Positions 1 through 10,834 of a stretch of DNA of 64,000 bases are shown here, piece after piece. The position numbers and the translations under genes are program-made. Under the pieces are notes generated by a model. That model did no database searches and was not told the DNA's origin. It saw nothing but the letters and a program-made list of their open reading frames with translations. Positions within the stretch are counted from its first letter, which is position 1; each line of letters begins with the position of its first letter. The stretch is from Mobula hypostoma (Eukaryota): assembly GCF_963921235.1 (NCBI RefSeq), contig NC_086097.1, positions 209,748,001-209,812,000 on the forward strand. The letters run 5' to 3'.

Positions 1-159
1 TCTCATCCAACACCCCTTACCCTAGTACTTTCTCCAGGTAGAGTATCAGGTTGTACCTGTACCTGTATCTCATTTCCCCTTCCTGGACAAGCATGCTGTT
101 CATCCTTACCTACTCTCAAGGCTGTGGACCAGGACCCTTTTACTTTCTCAATATATTCC

Positions 160-450
160 CACACATATCTCCTTCTCACTAGTGATCAACACTGGCGCGC
201 CTCAGGGGTGTGTGCTTAGCCCACTGCTCTACTCCCTTTATACCCATGACTGTGTGGCTAGGTATAGCTGAGATTTGCTAATGATATAACCATTGTTGGT
301 AGAATATCAGATGGAGATGAGGGGGTGTAGAGGGACGAGATATACCAGCTAGTTGAGTGGTGCTGCAGTAACAACCTTGCTCTCCATGTCAGTAAGACCA
401 AAGAGTGGATAGTGGATTCAGGAAGTGTAAGGTGAGGGAACACAAGTTCC
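160..450 (+). mobile_element. Rex1/Babar-type LINE RT fragment
   Basis: Translates by eye to [26 protein letters not shown]. It is the reverse-complement homologue of 4080-4300 in the longer Rex1 copy. Confidence 0.8.
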
Positions 451-645
451 TGGGTGGGAGAGTGGCATCAGTACCTGTCTTCGGGGCGAGTGGTCACAGG
501 TTCAAGTCCGGCCTGCTTCTTAGATGCTTTCCATCCATGCTGGGTTAAGCATTGAGTTAGCAACTCGGCCTTGTAAAAAAACAGACAACATGCTAAAGAA
601 ACTGCAAGATTGCCGCCTGATGCACCGCAAGGCATGGAGAAGATT
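451..645 (+). mobile_element. tRNA-derived SINE (head shared with the element at 48918)
   Basis: Head GGTGGGAGAGTGGCATCAG; Pol III B-box-like GGTTCAAGTCC at 499-509. Confidence 0.6.
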
Positions 646-659
646 AATGGCAATACTCA

Positions 660-2170
660 CCAAACTCTCAAAACATTCACACTATGAATGTAAGTGGTTC
701 TGGGCAATAATCATTGAGGTAGGTCACCACACTCTTCTTGGGCACCGGTATATTGAAGCCTGCTTGAAGCAGATAGGTACTACACTCTGCCGAAGTGAGA
801 GGTTAAAGATCTCAGTGAACACACCATCCAGCTGGTCAGCACAGATCTTTCATATGTGACCAGGTACACCTTCCAGTCCAGGTGTTTTCAATGGATTCAC
901 CCCGCACCTCCCCCCCCCCGCCCCCCAAGGCAGCCTGCACATGGATTTCAGGGACTGAGATCATAGGATCATCGGGGGATGTGGGGGTTTGCGATGGTTC
1001 CTCCATGTTCTGATGGTCAAAGCAGGCATCGAAGGCATTGAGCTCTCTTGGAAGCGAAGCCCTCTTGTCTCCCATGTTGGTTGATTTACCCCTGATAGCA
1101 TTCAAGCCCTGGCACAGCTGTCGAGTACCCCCCGTTTATTGAAGTTTGGTGCAGAATTTTACTTCACCAATAACATGGCTTTCCAGTGATCATACCTGCA
1201 TCTCTTGTAGCTTGCTTGATTTCCAGAGTAGAATGCCTCTAATCTGGCCCTTAACAGATTTTTGATCTTATGGTTCATGCCGGGCTTCTGATTGGGGATG
1301 ATTCTGAATGATTTAATGGGAACACACTCATCTACAGCTGTTTTAATAAAGTCTGTTGCAACCATGGTACATTCATTCAGATCACTATATGTGTGCTAGA
1401 ACAAGGCCTAGTCCACTGACTCAAGGTAATCCCATAATCGCACCGCTGCCTCCTGTGACCAGCTCTTTGTTGTGCTAATCTCTGGAGCCTTGCTTTTTAG
1501 CCTCTGTTTGCATGCAGGTAGGAGGAAGTCCGCCTAGTGATCTGATTTGCCAAAATATGGCCTGGGTAAGAAATGGTAGGTGTTCCTTATCTTAATATAG
1601 CAGTGGTCTAGTATGTTGGGACCTCTGGTGCTACAGGTTATATGCTGGTGATAATCGGACAGGGTTTTCTTCAATCAAGTCTCAGACTATAATTTGAAAT
1701 GTGTCGGGATGGCCGCAGATGATATATAGTTTGCAGCTGGGATTACGTCGGAGAACTCCTGATATAAATAGAATGAATGGCATTTAACCATTCAGTGTTC
1801 CAAATCAGGGGAACTCCAGTTTGACAGAACTGCCATGTCAGAGTACCATCAAGACTTAGCCATAAATACACATCTCCACCCTTTGCCTTTCCCGAGTCCG
1901 TAGTTCGATCCATTCTGTGAATCGTGAATCCTTTTGGTCTGACTGCTGCACCCGGTGTATCTGGGGAAAGCCACATTTTGAGAGCATACAACTGAGCAGA
2001 CATTCATCTGCTTCTGATACAGCAGTCTTGCTCTCTTATACTCAGTTTTATTCTCCAAATACTGCACATGCTGGGTAGAGGAGGCCTCATCCATTTGGCT
2101 TGGAATCCCCGTCTCCTGTCTCACTTTCTATCATGGTGATGGCAATGAACACTCAAGGTGCCATGTCTGA
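660..2170 (-). mobile_element. Degraded Rex1/Babar-type LINE (endonuclease to pre-RT region)
   Basis: Broken minus ORFs 1743..2003 (GFTIHRMDRT..KAKGGDV), 1159..1365 (TDFIKTAVDECVP) and 836..1105 (SLPRELNAF) parallel 4669..5346 of the neighbouring copy. Confidence 0.75.
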
Positions 2171-2183
2171 CTGGTCTGGGTCA

Positions 2184-2705
2184 ATTCAGAATCAGAATCA
2201 GGTTTATTATCACCGGCATGTGTCGTAAAATTTATTAACTTAGCAGCAGCAGTTCAAGGCAATGTATGATAATATAGAAAGAAAAAAAATCAATTACAGT
2301 AAATATTTATGTATATTGAATAGATTAATAATAGTGCAAACATAGAAAAGTGAGGTAGTGTTCATGGGTTCAATGTCCATTTAGGAATCGGGTGGCAGAG
2401 GGGAAGAAGCTGTTCCTGAATCGCTGAGTGTGTGCCTTCAGGTTCCTGTCTCTCCTTCCTGTCGGTAACAATGAGAGGAGAGCATGTCCTGGGTGATGGG
2501 GGGTCCTTAATAATGGGTATCGCCTTTCTGAGGCACTGCTCTTTGAAGATGTCTTGGGTACCACGAAACCTAGTACCCAAGAGGGAGCTGACTTTCTGCA
2601 TCTTCTTTTGGTCCTGTGCAGTAGCCCGCTCCATACCAGACAGTATTGCAGCCAGTCAGAATGCTCTCCACGGTACAGCTCAACATCTGTAGAAGTTTTC
2701 GAGTG
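2184..2705 (-). mobile_element. Rex1/Babar-type LINE 3' end with (ATTCTG)n tail
   Basis: ORF 2370..2735 ends HPGHALLSLLPTGRR..TQRFRNSFFPSA. On the minus strand AATAAA is followed by CTGATTCTGATTCTGAAT. Confidence 0.8.
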
Positions 2706-2714
2706 GGTATAAGT

Positions 2715-3291
2715 GTGAAGTAAGTGCAATTTCACTGAGTGCGTCTTTCCCCGCCTTTATCATTGCAAGGTGGGAGCTATTCGAAAAGATCGAGTCTCAT
2801 TGGGAGTGAGTTTTATTTGAGCCAATAAGAGAAAAGGAGAAGTAAGTGCAGTGGCCATGGTTGGAGCTGCCATTGTGAGTGTGGGCCAGTGTTCAAGTGC
2901 AAAGCTTTGGCTCAACAGATTTGGGCAAGCAGAGGCAGAGGTTTTAGGTTTCTAGTAAGTTTTTTTCTTTCTTTGTCTATTAGTACATGGTTAGTGTGCT
3001 GACAATGGGTTCAGAGTTAGTGGTATGTTCTTTTTATGAGATGTGGGAACTCTGGGAGACTTCCCAACTCCATGATAGCTACATCTACATGAGATGTATC
3101 GAGTTGCAGCTCCTCGTGTTATGGAACCGGAGCTGCAGCTCGATGACCTTTGGCTCATACAGGAGAATGAGGAGGTGATAGATAGGAGCTACAGGGGAGT
3201 AGTCTTCCCTATGTTGCAGAAGACGGGTACCTGGGTAACTGTCAGGAGAGGGAAAGGAAGCAGGCAGCCAATGCAAAGTGTCCCTGTGGCT
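2715..3291 (+). mobile_element. CR1 LINE 5' UTR and ORF1 N-terminus (first half of an interrupted copy)
   Basis: ORFs 2987..3178 (VCSFYEMWE..YIYMRCIELQLL) and 3094..3330 (ELQLDDL..WVTVRRGKG..PVAI) resemble the Cys/coiled-coil N-terminus of CR1 ORF1. Confidence 0.7.
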
Positions 3292-6250
3292 ATTCAGAAT
3301 CAGGTTTATTATCACCGGCATGTGACGTGAGACTTGTTAACTTAGCAGCAGCAGTTCAAAGTAATACATAATATAGAAAAAAAAACAAAATAAAATAATA
3401 ATAATAAATAAATAACTAAATCAATTACAGTACATGTATATTGAATAGATTAAAAATTCTGCAAAAAACAGAAATACTATATATTTAAAAAGTGAGGTAG
3501 TGTCCAAGAGTTCAATGTCCATTTAGGAATCGGATGGCAGAGGGGAAGAAGCTGATCCTGAATCGCTGAGCATGTGCCTTCTCCTGTACCTCTTACCCGA
3601 TGGCAACAGCAAGAAATGGACATGCCCTGGGTGCTGGAGGTCCTTAATAATGGACACTACCTTTCTGAGGCACTGCTCCTTGAAGACATCCTGGGTACTT
3701 TGTAGGCTAGTACCCAAGATGAAGCCAACTAAATTTACAACCTTCTGCAGCTTCTTTTGGTCATGTGCCACCCACCCCCCCCCCCACCCCATACCAGACA
3801 GTGATGCAGCCTGTCAGAATGCTCTCTGTAGAACATCTATAGAAGGTTTTGAGTGCATTTATTGATGTACCAAATCTCTTCAAACTCCTAATAAAGTATA
3901 GCCTCTGTCTTGACTTCTTTATAACTACGTCAATATGTTGGGAACAGGTTAGATCCTTAGAGATCTTGACACCCAGGAACTTGAAGCTGCTCACTCTCTC
4001 CACTTCTGATCCCTCCATAAGGATTGGAATGTGTTCCTTTTTCACAGTCAGCTCTTTCGTCTTACTGACGTTGAATGCCAGGTTGTTGCTGCGACACCAC
4101 TCCACTAGTTGGCATATCTCGTTCAGGTACACCCTCTTGTCATCATCTGAGATTCTACCAACAATGGTTGTATCATCAGCAAATTTATAGATGGTATTTG
4201 AGCTATGCCTAGTTACACAGTCATGTGTATATAGAGAATAGAGCAGTGGGCTAAGCACACACCCCTGAGGTGCACCAGTGTTGATCGTCAGCGAGGAGGA
4301 AATGTTATCACCAATTGGCACAGATTGTGGTCTTCCGGTTAGGAAGTTGAGCATCCAATTGCAGAGGGAGGTACAGAGGCCCACATTCTGTAACTTCTCA
4401 ATCAGGATTGTGGGAATGATGGTATTAAATGCTGAGTTATAGTGGATAAACAGCATTCTGTCATAGGTGTTTGTGTTGTCTAGGTGGTCTAAAGCTGTGT
4501 GGAGAGCCATTGAGATTGTGTCTGCCATTGATCTGCTGTGACGCTAGGCAAGTTGGGTCCAGGTCCTTGCAGAAGCAGGAGTTCATTCTAGTCATGACTA
4601 ACCTCTCAAAGCATTTCATCACTCTAGATGTAGGTGCTACCAGGCAATAGTCATTAAGACAGCCCACATTATTCTTCTGAGGCACGTATAGTTGTTGCCT
4701 TTTCAAAGCAATTGGGAACTTCTGCCTGTAGCAGTGAGAGGTTGAAAATGTCTTTGAATACTCCTGCTGGTTGCTTGGCACAGGTTTTCAGAGCCTTACC
4801 AAGTACTCCATCAGGACCTTCCGCCTTGTGAGGGTTCACTCTCTTTAAAGACAGTCTAACATTGGCCTCTGAGACAGAGTTCACAGGGTCATCAGGTGTA
4901 GCAGGGATCTTCACAGCTGTAGTTATATTCTCCCTTTCAATGCAGGCATAGGAGGCATTGAGTTCATCTGGCAGTGAATCATCGCTGCCATTCATGCTAT
5001 TGGGTTTCGTTTTGTAGGAAGTAATGTCTTGCAAACCCTGCCAGAGTTGTCGTGCATCCGATGTCACCTCCAACCTCATTCGAAATTGTCTCTTCACCCT
5101 TGAAATAGCCCTCTGCAAATCATACCTGGTTTTCTGGTACAGGCCTGGGTCACCAGAACTGAATGCCACAGATCTAGCCTTCAGCAGACAACGTTCCTCC
5201 TGGTTCATCCATGGCTTTCGGTTTAGGAAAGCACGGTAAGTCTTTGTGAGCACGCACTCATCCACACAGGATTTAATGAAGTCAGTAACAACTGCAGCAT
5301 ACTCATCCAGATTCGAAGATGAGTCCCTGAATACAGTCCAGTCCACCGATTCACAGCAGTCCTGTAGGCGCTCCTGTGCTTCCCTTGTTCATACTTCTTG
5401 GTTCTCACTACTGATGCTGCAGTCTTCAGTCTTTGCCTATACTCAGGGAGTAGAAGTACAGTCAGGTGATCAGACTTCCCGAAGAGTGTGGAATAGCACA
5501 GTGGGCATTCTTGATGGTGGTGTAGCAATTGTCCAGTGTGTTGTTTCCTCTAGTATTGCAAGTGATCTGTTGATGGTAATTGCTTAGTGTTTTTTCAGAC
5601 TGGCCTGGTTAAAATCTCCCAAAACGATGGTGAAGGCGTGTTAATCCCATTGCTGAGATCACTTAAAGTCTGATTGACATTTGCCTGAAGTGGAATGTAT
5701 ACCGCTACCAAAATGACCTGGACAACCATCGTGATAGGTAAAAAGGACGGCACTTAACGGCTAGATGTTCCAGGTCTGGTGAGCAGAATTGGGACAGCAC
5801 TGATATATTGGTGCACTAAGAAGAGTTGATCCTGAGGCATACACCTCCACCTCTACTTTTGAGAGACTCTATAGCTGCATTCGGTACGGAAGGGGTTAAC
5901 CAGGATTCCATGAAACAAAGGACAAATGCATACCTAATGTCCCTCTGATTCAGCACCCCAGTTCTGAGATCGTCAATCTTACTCATCAGAGGCTGCACGT
6001 TTACCAGCAAGATAGTCGTTATAGGGAGCTTAAAACCCTGTTTCCTTATACGCACTTGTATCCACAGTCTATGCCATACTTCCTCCATGGACCTTCCATC
6101 CACAATCAGTGTTGTTACCATCAGTTTAAGCAGCGATAGTTCATTAAAACGCATTAAGACATCTTTGTTGGCTGTACTGACCTTGGAAGCAGCTGTGCTT
6201 TTTAGCTGTATCAGGCTGAAACAAGAATGTTCCTGTCAATAGTATGTGCC
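3292..6250 (-). mobile_element. Near full-length Rex1/Babar-type LINE (APE + RT), frameshifted, nested in CR1
   Basis: Minus ORFs 5816..6154 (APE start, LCFMESWL), 5223..5528 (GKSDH), 4669..5346, 4461..4781, 3761..4528 ([20 protein letters not shown]) and 3523..3792. AATAAA plus ATTCTG tail at 3292-3311. Confidence 0.9.
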
Positions 6251-6254
6251 ATGG

Positions 6255-7581
6255 GTGTCCCGGATCAGACTCACAGCTTTCGAAAGAGGGGAGGTGAACA
6301 GTCAGAAGTTTTGGTACATATTGGTACCAACAACATAGGTAGGAAATGGGAGAAGATGTTAAAGAGAGATTTTAGGGAGCCAGGTAGAAAGCTGATAAGC
6401 AGGACCTCCAGGTTTGGATCGCAGCCAGTGCCACAGGCCGTTGAGAGTACGAGTAGGATGATTTGGCTGATGAATGTGTGGCTGAGGTATTGATGCAGGG
6501 GGCAATGTTTCAGATTTCTGGATCATTGGGATCTCTTCTGGGGAAGGTATGGCGCACACAAAATGACCTGAACCCAAGGGGGACCAATATCCCTGCAGGC
6601 AAGTTTGGATGAGCTGTCTGCGAGGTTTGAAAATAATTTGGCAGGGTTGGGAGCCGGAGAAATAGCAATTCATATACAAGTAGGTGCGATGTGTATTGAG
6701 ACTGTAAGGTTGGACATGCAGATATTAAGGCAAAATTGCAGTCAGTGGGATGAGTTGAAGTGTAACATGGGGGCAAAATCAAGAAGGGTGATGAATAGAG
6801 GATGGAAGGGGTTATATTTGAATGCATGCAGTATATGGAATAAGGTAGATGATCTGCTAGTGCAGTTAGGGATTGGGATGTATGATCTTGTGGGCACCTC
6901 TGAGTTGAGGCTGAAAGAAGATCATAGTTGGGAGCTTAACATCCAAGGATGCACATTGTATTGAAAGGACTGACTGGTAGGCAGAGAGGGTGTGGTGGCT
7001 CTGTAGGTAAAGTATGAAATCAAATCCTTAGAAAGAGATGAGAGAGGATTAGAAGAAGTAGAATTCTTGTGAGTAGAGGAAAGATACTCCAAAGGTAGAA
7101 AGATCCTGATGGGAGTTATATATAAGCCTCCGAACAGTAGCCAGGGTGTGGGAGATAGAAAAGGTACATAAAAAGGCCAATGTTACAATAGTCGTGGGGG
7201 ATTTCAATATACTGGTAGATTGGGAAGAATAGGTTGGTGATGTATTCCAAGAAAGGAAACTTGTAGAATGCATACAAGATGGCTTCCTACAGCGGCTTGT
7301 GATTGAGCCAACCAGGGAAAAGGCAATTCTGGCTTGGGTGTTGTGTAATATACCAAATTTGATTAGAGAGCTTAAGATAAAGGAGCCCTTAGGAGACAGT
7401 GATCATAATATGATAGAATTTACCCTGCAGTTTGAGATGGAGAAGATAAAAGTCAGATGTATCGGTATTACAGCACAGTAAAGGGAGCTAGAGAGGTATG
7501 AGAGAGCAACTGGCCAAAGTTAATTAGAAGGCGACACTAACAGTGGTGATGGCAGAACAGCACTGGTTGGAGTTTCTGACA
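6255..7581 (+). mobile_element. CR1 LINE continuation: ORF1 SGNH-esterase region and ORF2 APE endonuclease, degraded
   Basis: ORFs 6227..6493 (VHIGTNNIG), 6605..6964 (LYLNACSIWNKVDDL) and 7299..7481 (EPTR..LGDSDHNMIEF). Confidence 0.85.
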
Positions 7582-7726
7582 GTATGTCTTTGAACTGTGG
7601 GAGGAAACTGGAGCAACTAGAGGAAATCATATGGTCATGGGAGAACGTACAAATTCCTTACAGACAGCGGCGGGAAATGAACCTGGGTCTCTGGTACCGT
7701 TAAGTGTTGTGCTAACTCTATGCTAT
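7582..7726 (-). mobile_element. V-SINE/HE1-like SINE
   Basis: Reverse complement carries a tRNA-like head and the V-domain-like core (TTTGTACGTTCTCCC..TTTCCTC..TGCTCCAGTTTCCTCCCACAG). Confidence 0.7.
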
Positions 7727-8459
7727 TCTGGCTCTTTGTGATGGGCTGTTCTCCATAAATTCTACATGTGTTTTTAAGAAAGCTAAATGAGTCCCGTTAT
7801 CCAAATTCACCTGAGGTAGCAAGTTATTACTGTAGCACAGAAACTGTAGAATTCAATCTGCTTCCTCTGTGTAAATGATGTATTGAGCAAGAACATGTCA
7901 ATCCATTGTGTGCCAGATCTCTTTATGACTAATAAACCTGATGGATTCTTCTTTCTTTTTTCAAGGTGTTCACACAAATGTGGTAATTTATCAGAAGCTG
8001 GAGAACTGGTTGATTTTAACTTTTAGCCAGCATTGATACTTTTTCATCAAGTATGACAGCCCTTCACAGATCACGCTGAGCCATTAGAATGAATAAAAAT
8101 AATTGAATCAAAGTAGACATCTAGCCACACTTTTACCATTGATTTGATCTCTTACAGCAGCTTGAGTGCCTCTTTCCTTGTAGAAGAACACCCCACCCAG
8201 CTTTTATCTGATGTTACACCCCCTTTTTCCCCCGAAGTAATTTTGCTATAAGATTTCTCTTGTAAGTCAATTCTCCTATTCTGATTACTTATTGTATCTG
8301 CCTGTAGGTTTCCTAACTACATACATGTACCTACATGCAAGTCTTCAATAAACTATGCATCAGAACACTTAGATTCCTCTGCTTTATTCTTGTTTATTTT
8401 TCCTGCATGAATGGAGAAATTAACAATTACCAAATATTAAGCCCATTTGCTAAGTCTTA

Positions 8460-8880
8460 AATATCCCTTTATTGATTTCTCCTTCCGGTAAACAAATTCC
8501 ACTGTCCCCCACTTCCTCTATTTTCTACTCTGACCCTTTACTTCTCACCTGCCTATTACTTCCCCCTAAATCCATTCCTCCTTCCCTTTCTCCCATGGTC
8601 CACTCTCTTCTCCTATCAGATTCTTTCTTCTCCGACCCTTGACCTTTCCAACCCACCTGGTTTCACCTATCACTTTCCCTATAGCTATCCTCATTCCCCT
8701 CTCCCCACCTTTTTAATTCTGGCATCATCCCCCTCCCTTCTCAGTCCTGAAGAAGCATCTTGGCCCGGAAATGTCGACTGTTTATTCATTTCCATAAATA
8801 TTGTCTGACCTGCTGAGTCTCTTCTTCGTTTTGTGTGTGTAGCTTTGGATTTTCATCATCTGCAGAGTTGCATGTGTTTG
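8460..8880 (+). mobile_element. Penelope-like element 3' end (pyrimidine tract plus terminal repeat)
   Basis: Same layout as 43149-43529; contains the hammerhead motif at 8742-8780. Confidence 0.75.
8742..8780 (+). ncRNA. Minimal hammerhead ribozyme motif (core intact, stem II decayed)
   Basis: CAGTC-CTGAAGA-agcatcttggcccg-GAAA-TGTC-GACTG, with a perfect 5-bp stem I (CAGTC/GACTG). Confidence 0.6.
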
Positions 8881-10182
8881 TGGAAGACTATAACCCTATA
8901 TTGACCCCTTATGCCTGCCCAACCTATCATTGTGTTTTGAGAAAGTTCCTCAATTGTACCCTCAATGCCTTGATCCAAGTCACTTGTATGAATTATCAAA
9001 ACTTTTGGTTCAGCTCATCACACATTGTATCTTGCCAGTAAGAAAAAGTTCCACTATGTAATCTCATGAAAGGTCTTTGACCTGTAAAGCACTAACTGCT
9101 GTTCTCCATAAGTGCTGTCTAAGCTGCTAAGTATAGCTAACGTTTTCTGCTGTTAATTCTGATTAGTGTTTTTTTTCTCTTTAGAAACCTGAAACATCTT
9201 CACCCTGTGTTTATAGATGCTGCCTGGCCTGTTCAGTATTTCTTGAATTTACTGTTTTTTATTGCTGATATTTGCTATTTACTGTCAACCTGCAGAAATA
9301 CTTCAAAAATTAAATTTACTGTAAGACAGATAATATTATTTTTGGTCATAATTAAAGTCACTTGTCTGACTCAGCCACATTTCATGATTTAATATCAGTT
9401 TTAAATGTTAATTTCTATTAGTTCACATAGCTCACAGGGAATTTTTTTAATAACATAAATCTGTCTCATCCTACGATATCTCAGAAATGCTTTTATTTCA
9501 CACAGATGTTGTAAAATATTCCTCTACATATCTGATATAAAGCAAATTGTGAAGTCGTTTTCTTTCCAGTTTTGTGCATTGTGCCATATGCATATGAATC
9601 TTTAAAGGCAAAAGGATTCTTTAAAGTGTCCACCTTTCCCTGCTGCAAAATCTCTTTTATGTTGAAATTAATATCAAGAAATAATAATCAGCTCATGTTT
9701 ACAATTCCTTCAGCAGAAATGCCAATTCCTTTATTTTCGTCCCTCTCTAAATGATCTATTCTAAAACATGAGTTGATCCATGAATCATTAAAGAGTGTTG
9801 AAATTGTGTTGTATGTATTGCATTCGTTTGCATACCTTCCCCCAGTTTGATTCTTCTGTCTGAATACTACAAATTCCCACCAAACCTAGCCCTGATTCCA
9901 TTATGTTGCACTTCCAACATGAAACTCTGAAAATCTATGCAAATGTCACATGGTACTTCGACTGCTTCTTAAAATGACTATTTTTGGCTGTCTGTCCTAT
10001 GAAAAACATCTTCTGCCTTTGTATTCAGGATTGTGGCTACCTTGCACTTAAGCCCGTTATTTCAGTGTACAATAATATCAGGCTTCAGTGAGATTTCACC
10101 CAGACTATTGACTACAGTGTTTGTGCCCTTAACTTCAGAAAAGGATATACTTGCTGAGAGGGAGTGGAGCAAAGATTCACCA

Positions 10183-10221
10183 AGTTGCTCAGATTTCCAG
10201 CATCTGCAGATTTTCTCTTGT
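10183..10221 (+). mobile_element. 39-bp Penelope terminal fragment with 13-bp TSD
   Basis: AGTTGCTCAGATTTCCAGCATCTGCAGATTTTCTCTTGT flanked by CAAAGATTCACCA (10170-10182) and CAAAGATTCATCA (10222-10234). Confidence 0.7.
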
Positions 10222-10363
10222 CAAAGATTCATCAGACTGTTCTTTGGAATGGTCAGTTTGGTGGATGAGAGATTGAGTAGATGAGCCTTATATCCTCAGA
10301 ATAGAAAAAAATTGAGAAGTGATCTCACAGAAACTTTCAAAATTCTCTCAGGGTGCAACAGGG

Positions 10364-10635
10364 TCAGAATCAGAATCAGTTCTACTATCACTGACATATG
10401 TCGTGAAATTTGTTATTTTACGGCAGCGGTATATTTCAATACATAATAATAAAAGCTATAAATTACGTTAAGTATATTTATATATAAATTAAATAAGTAG
10501 TGCAGAAAGAGTGGGAAAAATACTGAGGTAGTGTTTGTGGGTTCGTTGTACATTTAGAAATCTGATGGTGGAGCGCAAAATGCTGTTCCTAAAATTTTGT
10601 GTGTATGTTTTCAGGCTCACTCAGGTGTGTGTCTG
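10364..10635 (-). mobile_element. Rex1/Babar 3' end fragment
   Basis: TCAGAATCAGAATCAG tail and 3' UTR similar to 2184-2450. Confidence 0.7.
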
Positions 10636-10834
10636 CAGGGAAGATGTTTTCTTGACAGAGGAGTGTAGAGCTTGTGGCTGTAGACTCAGACTATGAGGCT
10701 GACCATTTAGGAGTTAAACGCAGAGAAATTTCTTCAGAGGGTGCTGAGCATCTGGAATTCTCTATCCCAGAGAACTGCAGAGACTCAATTATTTGAGTGC
10801 AGCCAAAACAAAGACTGCTGGATCTTTGAATACG

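Larger units (their letters stand above)
10085..10830 (+). mobile_element. Old CR1 3' fragment hosting nested insertions (resumes about 14461-14595)
   Basis: Decayed CR1 C-terminal sequence (AAGGATATACTTGC..AGATTCACCA..AGAAATTTCTTCAGAGGGTG). A CR1 3'-end-like tract follows the nested minus CR1. Confidence 0.6.
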
